The notes beneath the pieces are model-generated. The model was not told where the DNA came from. It ran no database searches and worked only from the letters and a program-made list of their open reading frames with translations. The translations under genes were made by a program, and so were the position numbers. Positions 10,746 through 20,800 of a DNA stretch of 64,000 nt are shown here, one piece after another (positions within the stretch are counted from its first letter, which is position 1; every line of letters begins with the position of its first letter). Location of the stretch: assembly GCA_044222065.1 (NCBI GenBank), contig JBGAOA010000004.1:18448-82447 (forward strand). Reading direction: 5' to 3'. The stretch comes from Candidatus Eiseniibacteriota bacterium. GTDB taxonomy: Bacteria; Eisenbacteria; RBG-16-71-46.

Positions 10746-13334
10746 CTAGCGGACGACGCTGACCCTCGTGGTGGCGCGCTGGCCGCCCTGGGCGAGTTCG
10801 ACGATGTAGAGGCCGGCCTCGAGCCCGCGCGTGTCGAGCTGGAGCGCGTGGCGGCCGGCGCCGAGCGAGGTGACGTCGCGGGAGCGCACGAGGCGTCCGG
10901 AGACGTCGTAGAGGTTCAAGCGCGCCGCCTCGCCGCTCGGCATCGCGAACGAGACGAGGAAGCGGTCGCTCGCGGGGTTGGGCGTGACGCCCGCAAGCGA
11001 GAGCGCGGGGCGCGCCGGCACTTCGACGCGCGTCGCCGGCGACACGACGTCGCCGCCCGGATCGCGGACGCGCAGGCGGTAGTCGTAGCTCGAGCCGGGC
11101 GTCACGGCGAGGTCCAAGTAGTTCACGACGCCGCTGCCTTCCACCGCCACGTCCGCGACGAGGCTCCAGCCCGCCTCGGGTTCGAGCGCGGCCGAGGCGG
11201 AGCGCCGTTCGACCGACGCGCCGCCGCCTTCGTATCCGGCGGCGAACCAGCGCAGCGCGACGCGATCGGGCGCGGCGTCGTAGGCGACGAGCGAGACGGC
11301 GACCGGCGTCAGGCCGAGCGGCACGAGCGTCGTGTAGAGATCGGCGTTCCCGTTGCGGGCGTCGCCCCACGCCGCGGCGACGCGCACGGTGTCGGCGGTG
11401 AGCGAGATGTAGTCGCCCTGGTTCGGAATCAGGTTGCCGAGCTCGTTCGTCCAGTCGCTCGACACGTCGGTCAAGGCGCCGACCTCGATCCACGACGCGC
11501 CGCCGTTGTCGGAGCGCGCGAGGTACACGTTCGAGAACCCGCCGCAGTTCGCGGCCGGCGTGTCGCGCCAGTCGTACCACGCGACGTACGGCCGGCCGTT
11601 CTTCGGGTCGACCGCGACCTCGGGCAGGAAGTCGTCGTAGAGCGCGGCATCCTGATTGACGCGCGTCGGCGTGGACCACGCCGTGCCGCTGTTCGACGAC
11701 GACGTCACGAACACGTCGCGATGGTCGCGCGAGCGCTCACCCGAGGTGATGGCGTTGAGCTGCGTCACGATGCGGTAGCCGCCCGTCGTGCTTTTGAGGT
11801 CGGCCGTGCGCAGGTAGTAGGTGCCGTTCGAGGGGATCGTGTACACGACGATGCACTGCTGCCCGGTGCCGAGCGAGGACGCGCCGAGGAACGTCGTTCC
11901 GTTCGAGCAGATGAGGCGCAGGCTGATCTCCGCGCCCGTGTCCACCGAGTCGAGGAACGCCACGATCGTCTGGCCGGCCGTGGCGGTGAACTTGAAGTAG
12001 TCGAAGTCGTTCGCGTCGATGAACCGCCCGCGCACGGCGTTCCCGACCGTGAAGTTGATTGCGGTGCCGGGCGTGTCGTTCGAGTGATTCTCGATCAGAG
12101 GCTCCGAGATGTTGCCGACCGGGAGCAAGTTCAGCTCGGGGTAGTAGTCCACGCTCTCGTTCCACGCGACGTACACGCGCCCGCGGTTCGCGCCGGGCGA
12201 GCGGTCCACGGCGAGCGACGGGAACCCGATTCCGCGCCGGCGATTGAAGCCCGGCGAACCCGTGGCGAAGTTGTCGTAGTAGTTGGACGGCGTGCGCTCC
12301 GTGCCGAACGTCGCGCCGGCGTTCGTGGACGCCTTGAAGCGGAAGTTGTCGAAGTTCGTGCTCGTGCTGATCTCGGCCCACGCGGTGTACACCTCGCCGT
12401 TCGGTCCCGTCGCGACGCGCGGCCCCTGCACGAGGCCGTTCGCGGCCGTGGACGACAGCTTCGTCGCCGTTGCGGGCCAGGCGACGCCGTCGGCCGAGCG
12501 CTGGAACTCGATCTGCGCGCCGGTCGTCGCGAGGAAGTCCACGTAGATCACGTACACGCTGTCGCTCGAGGAGTCGGCCGCGATCCACGGCTTGTCGAGG
12601 AAGTTGCTCCCCGAGTTGAGCAGTCGCGTGCGGTTCGTCGTGCCCCAGTTGAGCGTGTTGCCCGAGAACGTCGCGTTCGCGACGCCGATGCCGTTCCAGT
12701 TGACCGTCGAGTCGATCAGGCCGCACACGTAGAAGCGTCCCGTCTTCTCGTTCACCGTGACGATCGGGTCGCTCACCCACGTCCAGTTCGTGCGCTTCGG
12801 CGGAATGCCGGCGTCGGTGAACGTCGCGCCGCCGTCGGTGGAGTAAGCGACGCCGAAGATGTCGTCGTTCGGCGCGGCGCGATCGAAGCCGTCGCCGTCG
12901 TTCCACGCCACGACGACGTAGTTGTTCCACACGGCGATGGACCCTTCGCTCTGTCCGGCGCCCGCGGGGACGAGGTCGTTCGCGGGGTCGTTCGCGCGGA
13001 CGTTCGTGCCGAGCGCTTCGATCTGCGAGATCGATCGCCCGCGCAGCGAGGCGCTGGCCCGCGCCGGGCGATCGGCCTCGGCGAGCTTCTCGGGCGTGTA
13101 CGGCCGCGCCCACGTTCCGGAGGGCGCGCGCTTCGTCTTCTTGTACTCCTTCCAGAGCTGCTGTGCGCGCGCGAGCCGCGCCTTCGCCTTCGCGTTCCAG
13201 ACGTACTGCTTGAGTAGCTTGATGGGGAGCGGCTTCGCCGAAACCTCTTCGGCGGCGGTGGCGGACGGAATGACGGCGGCGAACGCGAGCGCGGACGCCA
13301 GCGCGGCGAAAGCGAGACGACGAAGCGGACGCAT
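10746..13334 (-). CDS. secreted BNR/Asp-box beta-propeller protein, paralog of 7782..10448
   Basis: Signal peptide MRPLRRLAFAALASALAFAAV. Asp-boxes STDGGATF, SSNSGTAW and SDNGGASW. PPC-like DFDYFKF...GGYRIVT. C-terminal PNPASDRF...YDVSGRLV...AGLYIVEL. Same domain order as the neighbouring gene. Confidence 0.85.
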   Translation of the reverse strand: MRPLRRLAFAALASALAFAAVIPSATAAEEVSAKPLPIKLLKQYVWNAKAKARLARAQQLWKEYKKTKRAPSGTWARPYTPEKLAEADRPARASASLRGRSISQIEALGTNVRANDPANDLVPAGAGQSEGSIAVWNNYVVVAWNDGDGFDRAAPNDDIFGVAYSTDGGATFTDAGIPPKRTNWTWVSDPIVTVNEKTGRFYVCGLIDSTVNWNGIGVANATFSGNTLNWGTTNRTRLLNSGSNFLDKPWIAADSSSDSVYVIYVDFLATTGAQIEFQRSADGVAWPATATKLSSTAANGLVQGPRVATGPNGEVYTAWAEISTSTNFDNFRFKASTNAGATFGTERTPSNYYDNFATGSPGFNRRRGIGFPSLAVDRSPGANRGRVYVAWNESVDYYPELNLLPVGNISEPLIENHSNDTPGTAINFTVGNAVRGRFIDANDFDYFKFTATAGQTIVAFLDSVDTGAEISLRLICSNGTTFLGASSLGTGQQCIVVYTIPSNGTYYLRTADLKSTTGGYRIVTQLNAITSGERSRDHRDVFVTSSSNSGTAWSTPTRVNQDAALYDDFLPEVAVDPKNGRPYVAWYDWRDTPAANCGGFSNVYLARSDNGGASWIEVGALTDVSSDWTNELGNLIPNQGDYISLTADTVRVAAAWGDARNGNADLYTTLVPLGLTPVAVSLVAYDAAPDRVALRWFAAGYEGGGASVERRSASAALEPEAGWSLVADVAVEGSGVVNYLDLAVTPGSSYDYRLRVRDPGGDVVSPATRVEVPARPALSLAGVTPNPASDRFLVSFAMPSGEAARLNLYDVSGRLVRSRDVTSLGAGRHALQLDTRGLEAGLYIVELAQGGQRATTRVSVVR

Positions 13335-13373
13335 GAGGGTCCTTCCCGGGGGCGCGAGGACGCGGCGTGGAGC

Positions 13374-14297
13374 CTAGTTGCGAAGCGTGGCCGGGGAAGT
13401 GCCGGCGAGCGCGGTCACGAACTCGATCAAGACGTGCGAGACCAGACTCGGCCACAGCGAGCCACGGGCCAAGTCTCGCATCAGGCCCCACGCGAGACCA
13501 AGCGGGAAAACGACTCCCGCGAGGTAGAACGCCCACTCCGAGGGGGGCAACGCGAGGCCCGGCAGGTCGCGGAGGGCCCGGAGCGCGGTGTAGGCCAGCG
13601 CCGGCCCGAGGATCCGCATGCCCCGGCTCACCCGGCCGTCGAGCGAGGCCATGAGGTAGCCGCGGAAGAGCAGCTCGTCCGGGAGCGCCGAGCCGACGGA
13701 GGCGTGGAGTGCCGCGAACACGAGCAGGTCGGCGTCGAGGCGGGCGCCCTTCGCGAACAGCTCCCGGTAGGGTCCGATCGCGAACAGCGTCGCGGCGGCG
13801 ACGCCCAGGAGCAGCGCGAGCAGCATGCGGCCGGCCGGAGCGCCGCGGAAGCCGAGGGCCGCGAGCGGGCGGCGCTCGGCGACGACCGTGACCCAGACGA
13901 ACACGCCGAGCGTGATGAACACGACGTCGGCGAGCGCGAGCAGCCACGGGTTGCGCACGTCGCCCGCGAGCGCCGGCGCGATCACGCGCGTGAAGCACGC
14001 CGCGACGAGTCCGTAGAGGAGCGCGTAGAGCAGCGCGCGCCGCGTGCCCTCGGGCGACTCGAGCGGTCCGTGGCGGCGGTTCGCGGTCAGGATGCCGAGC
14101 CCGGCGGCGAGCAGCACGAAGCCCGCGAGCAGCCAGTGGAGCAGCGGGCGCGGATCGGCGGGAGTCGCCGGCGCGCTCGCGTGCGGCGTCAGCGCCGGGA
14201 CCGCGACGAGCGGGATCGCGAGCGCCGGCAGCGCCCACAGCAGCGTGACGCGATCGCGCGCCGCGCGCCGTGCGAAGTCGCCCGCGGATTCGTTCAT
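13374..14297 (-). CDS. CPBP-family intramembrane glutamic endopeptidase (CAAX protease-like)
   Basis: ATG at 14297 inside ORF 13374..14786. Multiple TM segments. Motifs DELLFRGY and SHVLIEF. Confidence 0.8.
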   Translation of the reverse strand: MNESAGDFARRAARDRVTLLWALPALAIPLVAVPALTPHASAPATPADPRPLLHWLLAGFVLLAAGLGILTANRRHGPLESPEGTRRALLYALLYGLVAACFTRVIAPALAGDVRNPWLLALADVVFITLGVFVWVTVVAERRPLAALGFRGAPAGRMLLALLLGVAAATLFAIGPYRELFAKGARLDADLLVFAALHASVGSALPDELLFRGYLMASLDGRVSRGMRILGPALAYTALRALRDLPGLALPPSEWAFYLAGVVFPLGLAWGLMRDLARGSLWPSLVSHVLIEFVTALAGTSPATLRN

Positions 14298-14761
14298 GCG
14301 TGGTAGCCCACGGTCATCCACCACAACGCGACGAGCAGCAGCACCGAGAGCGCGACGTTCGCGAAACGCGCGCGGGCGAGCGCGCGCGACCAGTCGGCGG
14401 CGTGCGCGTCGGCGCCGGCCGCGCGCGCGATCTTCTCGAGGCGCGCGGCGGCGGGGCGCGCGACCGCGAGCAGCACGAACAGCTTGAGCGCCCACAGCCC
14501 GTTCGCGGCGTGCAGCCACGGGTCCTTCGCGAACGAGCGGCCGCCGACGATCGCGAGCGCGTTCCCGAAGAACGCGAGCACGAGGAGCGAGGGCACCGCG
14601 ACGACCTGGGTCGTGGTCTTCACGACCGCGAAGTGCGCGGCGCGTTCGTTCCAGTCCTGCGTGCGGCGCGCGAAGCGGATGTTCCACTCCGCGGCGAACA
14701 GCGCACCGCCATAGGCGAATGCGAAGAGGACGTGGGCGAACTCGAACCAGCTCGGGGTCAT
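14294..14761 (-). CDS. small integral membrane protein (about 4 TM, DUF2269-like)
   Basis: ATG at 14761 inside ORF 14294..15085 (MTPSWFEFAHVLFAFAYGG...). ATGA overlap with the CPBP gene. The family assignment is tentative. Confidence 0.65.
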   Translation of the reverse strand: MTPSWFEFAHVLFAFAYGGALFAAEWNIRFARRTQDWNERAAHFAVVKTTTQVVAVPSLLVLAFFGNALAIVGGRSFAKDPWLHAANGLWALKLFVLLAVARPAAARLEKIARAAGADAHAADWSRALARARFANVALSVLLLVALWWMTVGYHA

Positions 14762-15016
14762 CGCGTGCCTCCCTGCGGTCCCGCACGGCGCTCCGGGTGC
14801 GCCGCGCGCGCAGTGTACGGAGCGCCGCCCGCGCCGCCTACGGAAACGTTTGCCGCACGCGCGAGCGGCGACGCGGCGCCGTCGTCGTCGGCCCGGTCCG
14901 GGCGGGCGCGCGCGTTGCGAGGCGCGTTCGCGCGGCGCAGTATGGCGCGGGGGCGGGCGCCGTGACGCGGGGAGGTCCCGGGGGGCGCGCCCGCCCGAGC
15001 CACAGGCAGGCCGGAC

Positions 15017-16648
15017 ATGAAACCGATTCTCGACATCGCTCGTGCGCTGGGACTCGATCCCGCGCACGTCGAACCGTACGGACACTGGAAGGGCAAGGTC
15101 TCACTCCAGGCGCTCGAGGGCCGCGAACCCAAAGGGCGCCTGATCCTCGTTTCGGCGATCACGCCGACGCCCGCGGGCGAGGGCAAGACCACGACGACCG
15201 TGGGGCTCGTGCAGGGACTCGCGAAGAACGGCGTGAAGGCGGCGGCGGCGCTGCGCGAACCGTCGCTCGGGCCCTACCTCGGCATGAAGGGCGGCGGCTC
15301 CGGCGGCGGCGCGTCGCAGGTCGAGCCCGCGAACGACATCAACCTGCACTTCAACGGCGACATCCACGCCGTGACGAGCGCGCACAACCTGCTCGCCGCG
15401 ATGGTGGACAACCACCTGCACCACGGGAACGCGCTCGGGCTCGACTCGCGCCGCATCCTGTGGAAGCGCGTGCTCGACATGAACGATCGCGCGCTGCGCG
15501 ACATCGTCATCGGGCTCGGCGGAAAGAGCGAAGGCATCCCGCGCGAGACCGGCTTCGACATCACGGCCGCGAGCGAGGTGATGGCGATCCTGTGCCTCGC
15601 GAACGGCGTCGCCGACCTGAAGGCGCGGCTCGGCCGCATCGTCGTGGGCTTCCGCGGCGACGGCACGCCGGTGCACGCGAGCGAGCTCAAGGCCGTCGGC
15701 GCGATGGCCGCGCTCCTCAAGGACGCGGTGAAGCCGAACCTCGTGCAGACGACCGAGGGCGTGCCGGCGTTCGTGCACGGCGGGCCGTTCGCGAACATCG
15801 CGCACGGCACGAACACCGTGAACGCGACGCGCATGGCGCTGTCGTACGCGGACTGCGTAGCGACCGAAGCGGGATTCGCGTTCGAGCTCGGCGCCGAGAA
15901 GTTCTTCGACATCAACTGCCGCTACGGCGGCTTCGCGCCGAGCCTCACCGTGCTCGTCGCGACGCTGCGCGCGCTCAAGATGCACGGCGGCGTGCCGCTC
16001 GCGAAGGTGAACGAGCCCGACCCGGCCGCGGTCGCGCGCGGACTCGCGAACCTCGAGAAGCACGTCGAGAACATCCGCAAGTTCGAGCAGCGCTGCGTCG
16101 TCGCGATCAACCACTTCCCGGCCGACACCGACGTCGAGATCGCGGTCGTGAAGAAGCACTGCGAGGTGCTGGGACTGACGGCCGTCGTGTCGAAGCCGTT
16201 CTCGGAGGGCGGCGAGGGCTGCCGCGAACTCGCCGAGGTCGTGTGGGCGACCGCGCAGAAGGGCGAGCCCGCCTTCAAGCCGCTCTACGAGTGGAGCGAC
16301 TCGATCGAGAAGAAGATCGCGACCGTCGCGAGCGAGATGTACGGCGCCGAGGCCGTGGACTACACGGCCAAGGCGAAGCGCGACCGGAACCAGCTCGAGA
16401 AGCTCGGCTTCGGGGGGCTTCCCGTGTGCATCGCGAAGACGCAGCAGTCGCTGTCGGACAACCCCGCATTGCTCGGCCGGCCGAAGGACTTCCTCGTCAC
16501 GGTGCGCGAGATCCAGCTGTCGGCCGGCGCCGGGTTCATCGTTCCGATCACGGGCGAGATCATGCGCATGCCGGGGCTCCCGTCGGCGCCGCTCGCCGAG
16601 CGCTTCGACCTGGACGACTCGGGCGAGATCGTGATGCGCGAGGGGTAG
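15017..16648 (+). CDS. fhs: formate--tetrahydrofolate ligase
   Basis: 543-aa ORF. Motifs ITPTPAGEGKTTTTVGL, HGGPFANIAHG and KTQQSLSDNP. Confidence 0.95.
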   Translation: MKPILDIARALGLDPAHVEPYGHWKGKVSLQALEGREPKGRLILVSAITPTPAGEGKTTTTVGLVQGLAKNGVKAAAALREPSLGPYLGMKGGGSGGGASQVEPANDINLHFNGDIHAVTSAHNLLAAMVDNHLHHGNALGLDSRRILWKRVLDMNDRALRDIVIGLGGKSEGIPRETGFDITAASEVMAILCLANGVADLKARLGRIVVGFRGDGTPVHASELKAVGAMAALLKDAVKPNLVQTTEGVPAFVHGGPFANIAHGTNTVNATRMALSYADCVATEAGFAFELGAEKFFDINCRYGGFAPSLTVLVATLRALKMHGGVPLAKVNEPDPAAVARGLANLEKHVENIRKFEQRCVVAINHFPADTDVEIAVVKKHCEVLGLTAVVSKPFSEGGEGCRELAEVVWATAQKGEPAFKPLYEWSDSIEKKIATVASEMYGAEAVDYTAKAKRDRNQLEKLGFGGLPVCIAKTQQSLSDNPALLGRPKDFLVTVREIQLSAGAGFIVPITGEIMRMPGLPSAPLAERFDLDDSGEIVMREG

Positions 16649-16653
16649 GCGGA

Positions 16654-16678
16654 CGCCTCTCCTCTATAAGTAGAGGCG
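16654..16678 (+). terminator. weak hairpin after fhs (possible terminator)
   Basis: cgcctct-cctctataagt-agaggcg: 7-bp stem, 11-nt AT-rich loop, no U-tract. Confidence 0.3.
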
Positions 16679-16817
16679 GTGGAGATTCCGGCGAGGCGCC
16701 GGGGCCGAGGGCTCCGGCGCCTCGAACCGTCTTCGCGCCCGCGCGTGATTCGCCGCGGGCGCGCCCGGTCTCACCGGGTGTCGCTCGCGCCCGTCTGGTT
16801 CCCGGAGGCTGCCCACC

Positions 16818-17738
16818 GTGTCACTCCTCGCACGCTTCAACTTCCGCCGTGCCGTCGCCCTCGCCCTTGCCCCCGTTATCGCCGCAGGGCTCACCGCGGG
16901 CCACGCGCGTGCGGACCGCCTGGACTTCGACGACGTGGACACGGTCGCCCCGCCGTTCTTCGTCGTGCTCGATCCGTTCCGTTACGCGGGCTCGGGCGCC
17001 GTGATCCGCGCCTATCCGAACCCCGGCGACTCGGCGCTCGTGATCCGCGCGCCCCACTTCGGAAACGGCGCGACCTCGGCGCCGAACGCGCTCGCGATGC
17101 CCTTCCGGGCCCAGGGCGGCGCCACCGGCGTTGCGATCGCGTTCTTCGATCCCGCGAACGGTTGCCCCGCGACCGTGGGCTTCGTGCGCGCGCAGGTCGG
17201 TGATCTGTCGGCCGAGGAGGACCCGGTGACGATGACCGCCTTCGGCCTCGACGGATCCCCCCTCGGATCGTCGAGTTTCACTTCGCCCTTTGGCGGCGGC
17301 TTCGGGCTCGTGAACATCGCGACGCCGGGGATCCATCGCGTCGAGATCGTGGACGAGAGTTCGAGCGGCGCCGACATCGACGATCTCGAGTTCGGGTCTC
17401 TCGCGGCCGATCCCGTGTGCCTCGCCTCGGCCGACGACGGAGTCGCCGGCTTCGCGGCCGCGTCGCTCCGCGTGGTGCCGAATCCGGTGCGCGGCTTCGC
17501 CCGCGTCGAGCTGGCGCTCCACGAGCCGGCGGACGTGCGCGCGGACGTCGTGGACGTCTCGGGGCGTCTCGTCACGACGCTCCACTCCGGACCGCTTTCG
17601 GCCGGTGAGCACGCCTTCCTCTGGGCGGGCGTGGACGGTTCCGGCCGGGCCCTCGGCGCCGGGGTGTACTTCGTGCGCGTCGAAACCGCGGGCCGAAGCC
17701 TGGTCCGCCGGGTGGCGCTGGTCGCCCGGGCTCGCTGA
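16818..17738 (+). CDS. secreted hypothetical protein with a FlgD-Ig/T9SS-type C-terminal domain
   Basis: GTG start with GGAGG 9 nt upstream. Signal peptide ...ALALAPVIAAGLTAGHA. C-terminal VVPNPVRGFARV...VDVSGRLV...AGVYFVRV. Confidence 0.75.
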   Translation: MSLLARFNFRRAVALALAPVIAAGLTAGHARADRLDFDDVDTVAPPFFVVLDPFRYAGSGAVIRAYPNPGDSALVIRAPHFGNGATSAPNALAMPFRAQGGATGVAIAFFDPANGCPATVGFVRAQVGDLSAEEDPVTMTAFGLDGSPLGSSSFTSPFGGGFGLVNIATPGIHRVEIVDESSSGADIDDLEFGSLAADPVCLASADDGVAGFAAASLRVVPNPVRGFARVELALHEPADVRADVVDVSGRLVTTLHSGPLSAGEHAFLWAGVDGSGRALGAGVYFVRVETAGRSLVRRVALVARAR

Positions 17739-17847
17739 CCGGCGACCCGAGGCGCGGGGCGTGATTTCCGGTGCACGGCGCCGGTCTCACCGCGCAGGGC
17801 TCCCTCGGCCTCTTTGCCACGCCTGCTCTCGCTCCGGAGGTCCCACC

Positions 17848-20800
17848 GTGCGTTCCTCGCGCCCGCTCGTCCGCGCGCTCGCCGCGCTCCTGTGCGCGGC
17901 TCCGCTCCTCGCGCCGTCCCTCGCTTCGGCGCTCTCGATCGCCGAGATCGTCGCTGCGAGTTCGTCGACCGTTCGTCGCGGTCAAGCCGTCTCGGGCGGC
18001 TTCGACTTCGACGGCGACGGCGTCCCGGACGGCGTCGTCGGCCAGCCGCTCGACGACAGCCCGGGGGTGAACTCGGGATCGGCGCTCTGGGGCAAGTACT
18101 CGGCGCTCTCTCAATCGATCGCGTTCACCCTGCTCAATGGCGCCGCCGCGGGCGACAGCCTCGGTTGGTCGGTCGTGATGATGCGCGACTTCAACAACGA
18201 CGGTTACGCCGACATCGCCGTCGGCGCGCCGGGCGCAAACAACGCCGCGATCCAGAGCGCGGGCAAGGTGTTCGTGTACTACGGCGGACCCACGGCCGAC
18301 GGGGTCGCGGACCTGACGCTGAGCGGCACGCTCGCGGGAGCGAGTTTCGGCTGGGCGCTCGCGAGTGGGGACGTGAACGGAGACGGGGTCAGCGATCTCA
18401 TCGTCGGAGCACCGGGAGAGGACGCGCTCGGGATCATCTCGGACGCGGGAACGGTCTACGTCTTCCTCGGCAGCTCCTCCCCGAGCATCGCGCCGGCCTT
18501 CACGATGAACGGCACTTCCGCCGGACAACGGATCGGTGACGCACTCGTCTCCGGCGGCGACATCAACCAGGACGGCTTCGACGATCTCGTGATCGGCCGG
18601 CCGCTCGCGGACGACGGCGGCGCGGATTCGGGCGCGCTCGCGGTCCACTACGGCGGAACGAATCTTCCGATCGTGGCGCTCACGATCACCGGCGCCGCGG
18701 GCGACCAGCTCGGCGCGTCGCTCGCGCTGCTCGACATGAACGGCGACGGCTACGACGACCTCGCGGTCGGTTCGCCGAACGCCACGACCGGAACGGGACG
18801 CGTCACCGTGTACGCGGGCGGCTCCGAGATGAGCGCGACGGCGAGCCTCACGATCGCGGGCGTCGTTGCGAGCGGGAACTTCGGCGCCGCGGTGTGCGGC
18901 GGCGACTGGAACGGCGACGGCTTCGACGACCTCGCCGTGGGCGCGCCCGCCGCGGGACTCCAGACGCACGGTTCGGTGCGCGCCTACTTCGGCGGCGCTG
19001 CGTTCAACGGCACGGTGGACCTGAGCTTCGGCGGCCAGAGCCTGATCTACGCGTTCGGCGCGGCGATCTCGAGCTTCGGCGACATGGACGGTGACGGCCA
19101 CGACGATCTCGGCGTGGGCTGCCCGACGAACATCACGACTTCGCAACTCGTGACGTGCTTTCCCTACGCGTTCCGGTTCGTCGAACCGCGCGCAGGCGGA
19201 ACGCTGTTCGGCGGCCGCGACGCGACCGTGCGCTGGCAGGGCCGCGACCCGGCCGACCTCGCGCTGTCGCTCGATGGCGGCGCGAGTTGGACGACGCTCG
19301 GCGCGAGCATCGGCGGGCAGGACGAGAACGCGTGGACGTTCACGCCGCCGCTCGTGCCGAGCGAACACGCGCGGCTCAGGCTCACGATCGCGGGGCAGAG
19401 CGCGACGCGCGCGAACAGCCGCGTGATGGCGGGCGATCTGCGCATCGTGGCGCTGCCCGACGCGCACGCCGTGACGAGCCGCGTGGACCTCGAGTTCGAC
19501 GGCGCGGCCGGCGCGCGCAACGGTTTCGGTCTCGCGATCGCCGACGTGAACGGCGACGGCCGCGGAGACCTGTGCGTGGGCGTGCCGAACCCGCCGCCCG
19601 GCGCGGTGAGGATCTACTTCGGCGCGCAGCACACCGACGGCGTGCCGGACCTGACGCTCACCGGCGTCGGCGGCGGGAACGCGCTCTTCGGCGCGACGAT
19701 CGCCGACGTCGGCGACGTCAACGGCGACGGCTACGGCGACCTGCTCGTCGGCGCGCCCGAGTACACGGGCACGTTCGCGCGCGAAGGGCGCGCGTTCCTG
19801 TACTTCGGCGGCCCGCTCTCCGACGCGACCGCCGACCTCACGATCGCGAACCCGACGCCCGCGGCCGACGACCGCTTCGGCGCCTCGCTCTCCGGCGTCG
19901 GCGACTTCAACAACGATGGCGGAAACGACTTCGTGATCGGGGCGCCGTTCGACGACGCGAGTTCGGCCGACTGCGGCGTGTTCCAGTTCTACCTGGGCGG
20001 CGCGGCGCTGGACGCCACCTCGGACGGCTTCGACGACGGCGCCGTCGGCGACCGGCTCGGAAGCGCGCTCGCGGGCGTCGGCGACGTGACCGGCGACGGT
20101 CTGCCCGACTTCGCGATCGGCTCGCCGTTCGCGGACTTCAACGGCGCCGACAGCGGCGAGCTGTTCTTCCAGTCGGGGTCCGTGGCGCTGTCGCTCTTCA
20201 ATGCGAACGACTTCGTGTTCGGCGGCTCGCTCGCGGGCGAGCAGCTCGGCTCGGCGCTCGCGACCGGCGACTTCGACGGCGACGGACGCACGGACATCGC
20301 GGCACTCGCGGCCGGCAACCTGCTCGCGCCGCGCGTGTACCTGTGGCTGTCGTACGACGGCGTGATGGAATCGGAGCCCGACGTCGCGCTCACGCCCGCG
20401 CTCGGCACGGATCGCCTGAAGACGCTCGCGGCCGGCGACCTGAACGGCGACGGCGTGGACGACCTCGCGATCGGCGCGATCCAGGATCCCTCGATCGGCA
20501 CGACGCGCGGACGGGTCGGCGTGTACTACGGCGGCGGATTGCTGGACGGCGCCGAGGACCTGGACCTCTCGGGCCCCGCGAACGGCGATTCGATGGGGCT
20601 CGCGATCGCGGTCGGCGATCTCGCGGCCGACGGCTTCGCCGACCTGGCGATCGGCATGCCGGGCGTGACGAGCGGCGCGGGCCGCGTGCGCGTGCTCGAC
20701 TACGGCCGCTACCACCTGTCGGCGCCGGCTTCGGGCGTGACGTGGCCCGTCGGCTCGTCGCAGCGCGTCGCGTGGTCGGGCGCGGAGAGTGCCGATCTCG

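Noticed and set aside
7263-13217. Plus-strand ORFs of 1129 aa (7263..10652) and 833 aa (10716..13217), and minus-strand off-frame ORFs 7684..10005 and 11737..14238
   Set aside because: They are shadows of the two BNR propeller genes. Their composition is Arg-rich, they have no motifs, and GC3 periodicity supports only the 7782..10448 and 10746..13334 frames.
14762-15016. ZTP (pfl) or THF riboswitch in the 255-nt leader upstream of fhs
   Set aside because: fhs is a common target of both riboswitch classes. I could not find the conserved GACUGGCG / CCGCCUGGGC cores; there are only loose resemblances (CGTGACGCGGGG, CCCGCCCGAGCC). A cmsearch would be needed to settle it.
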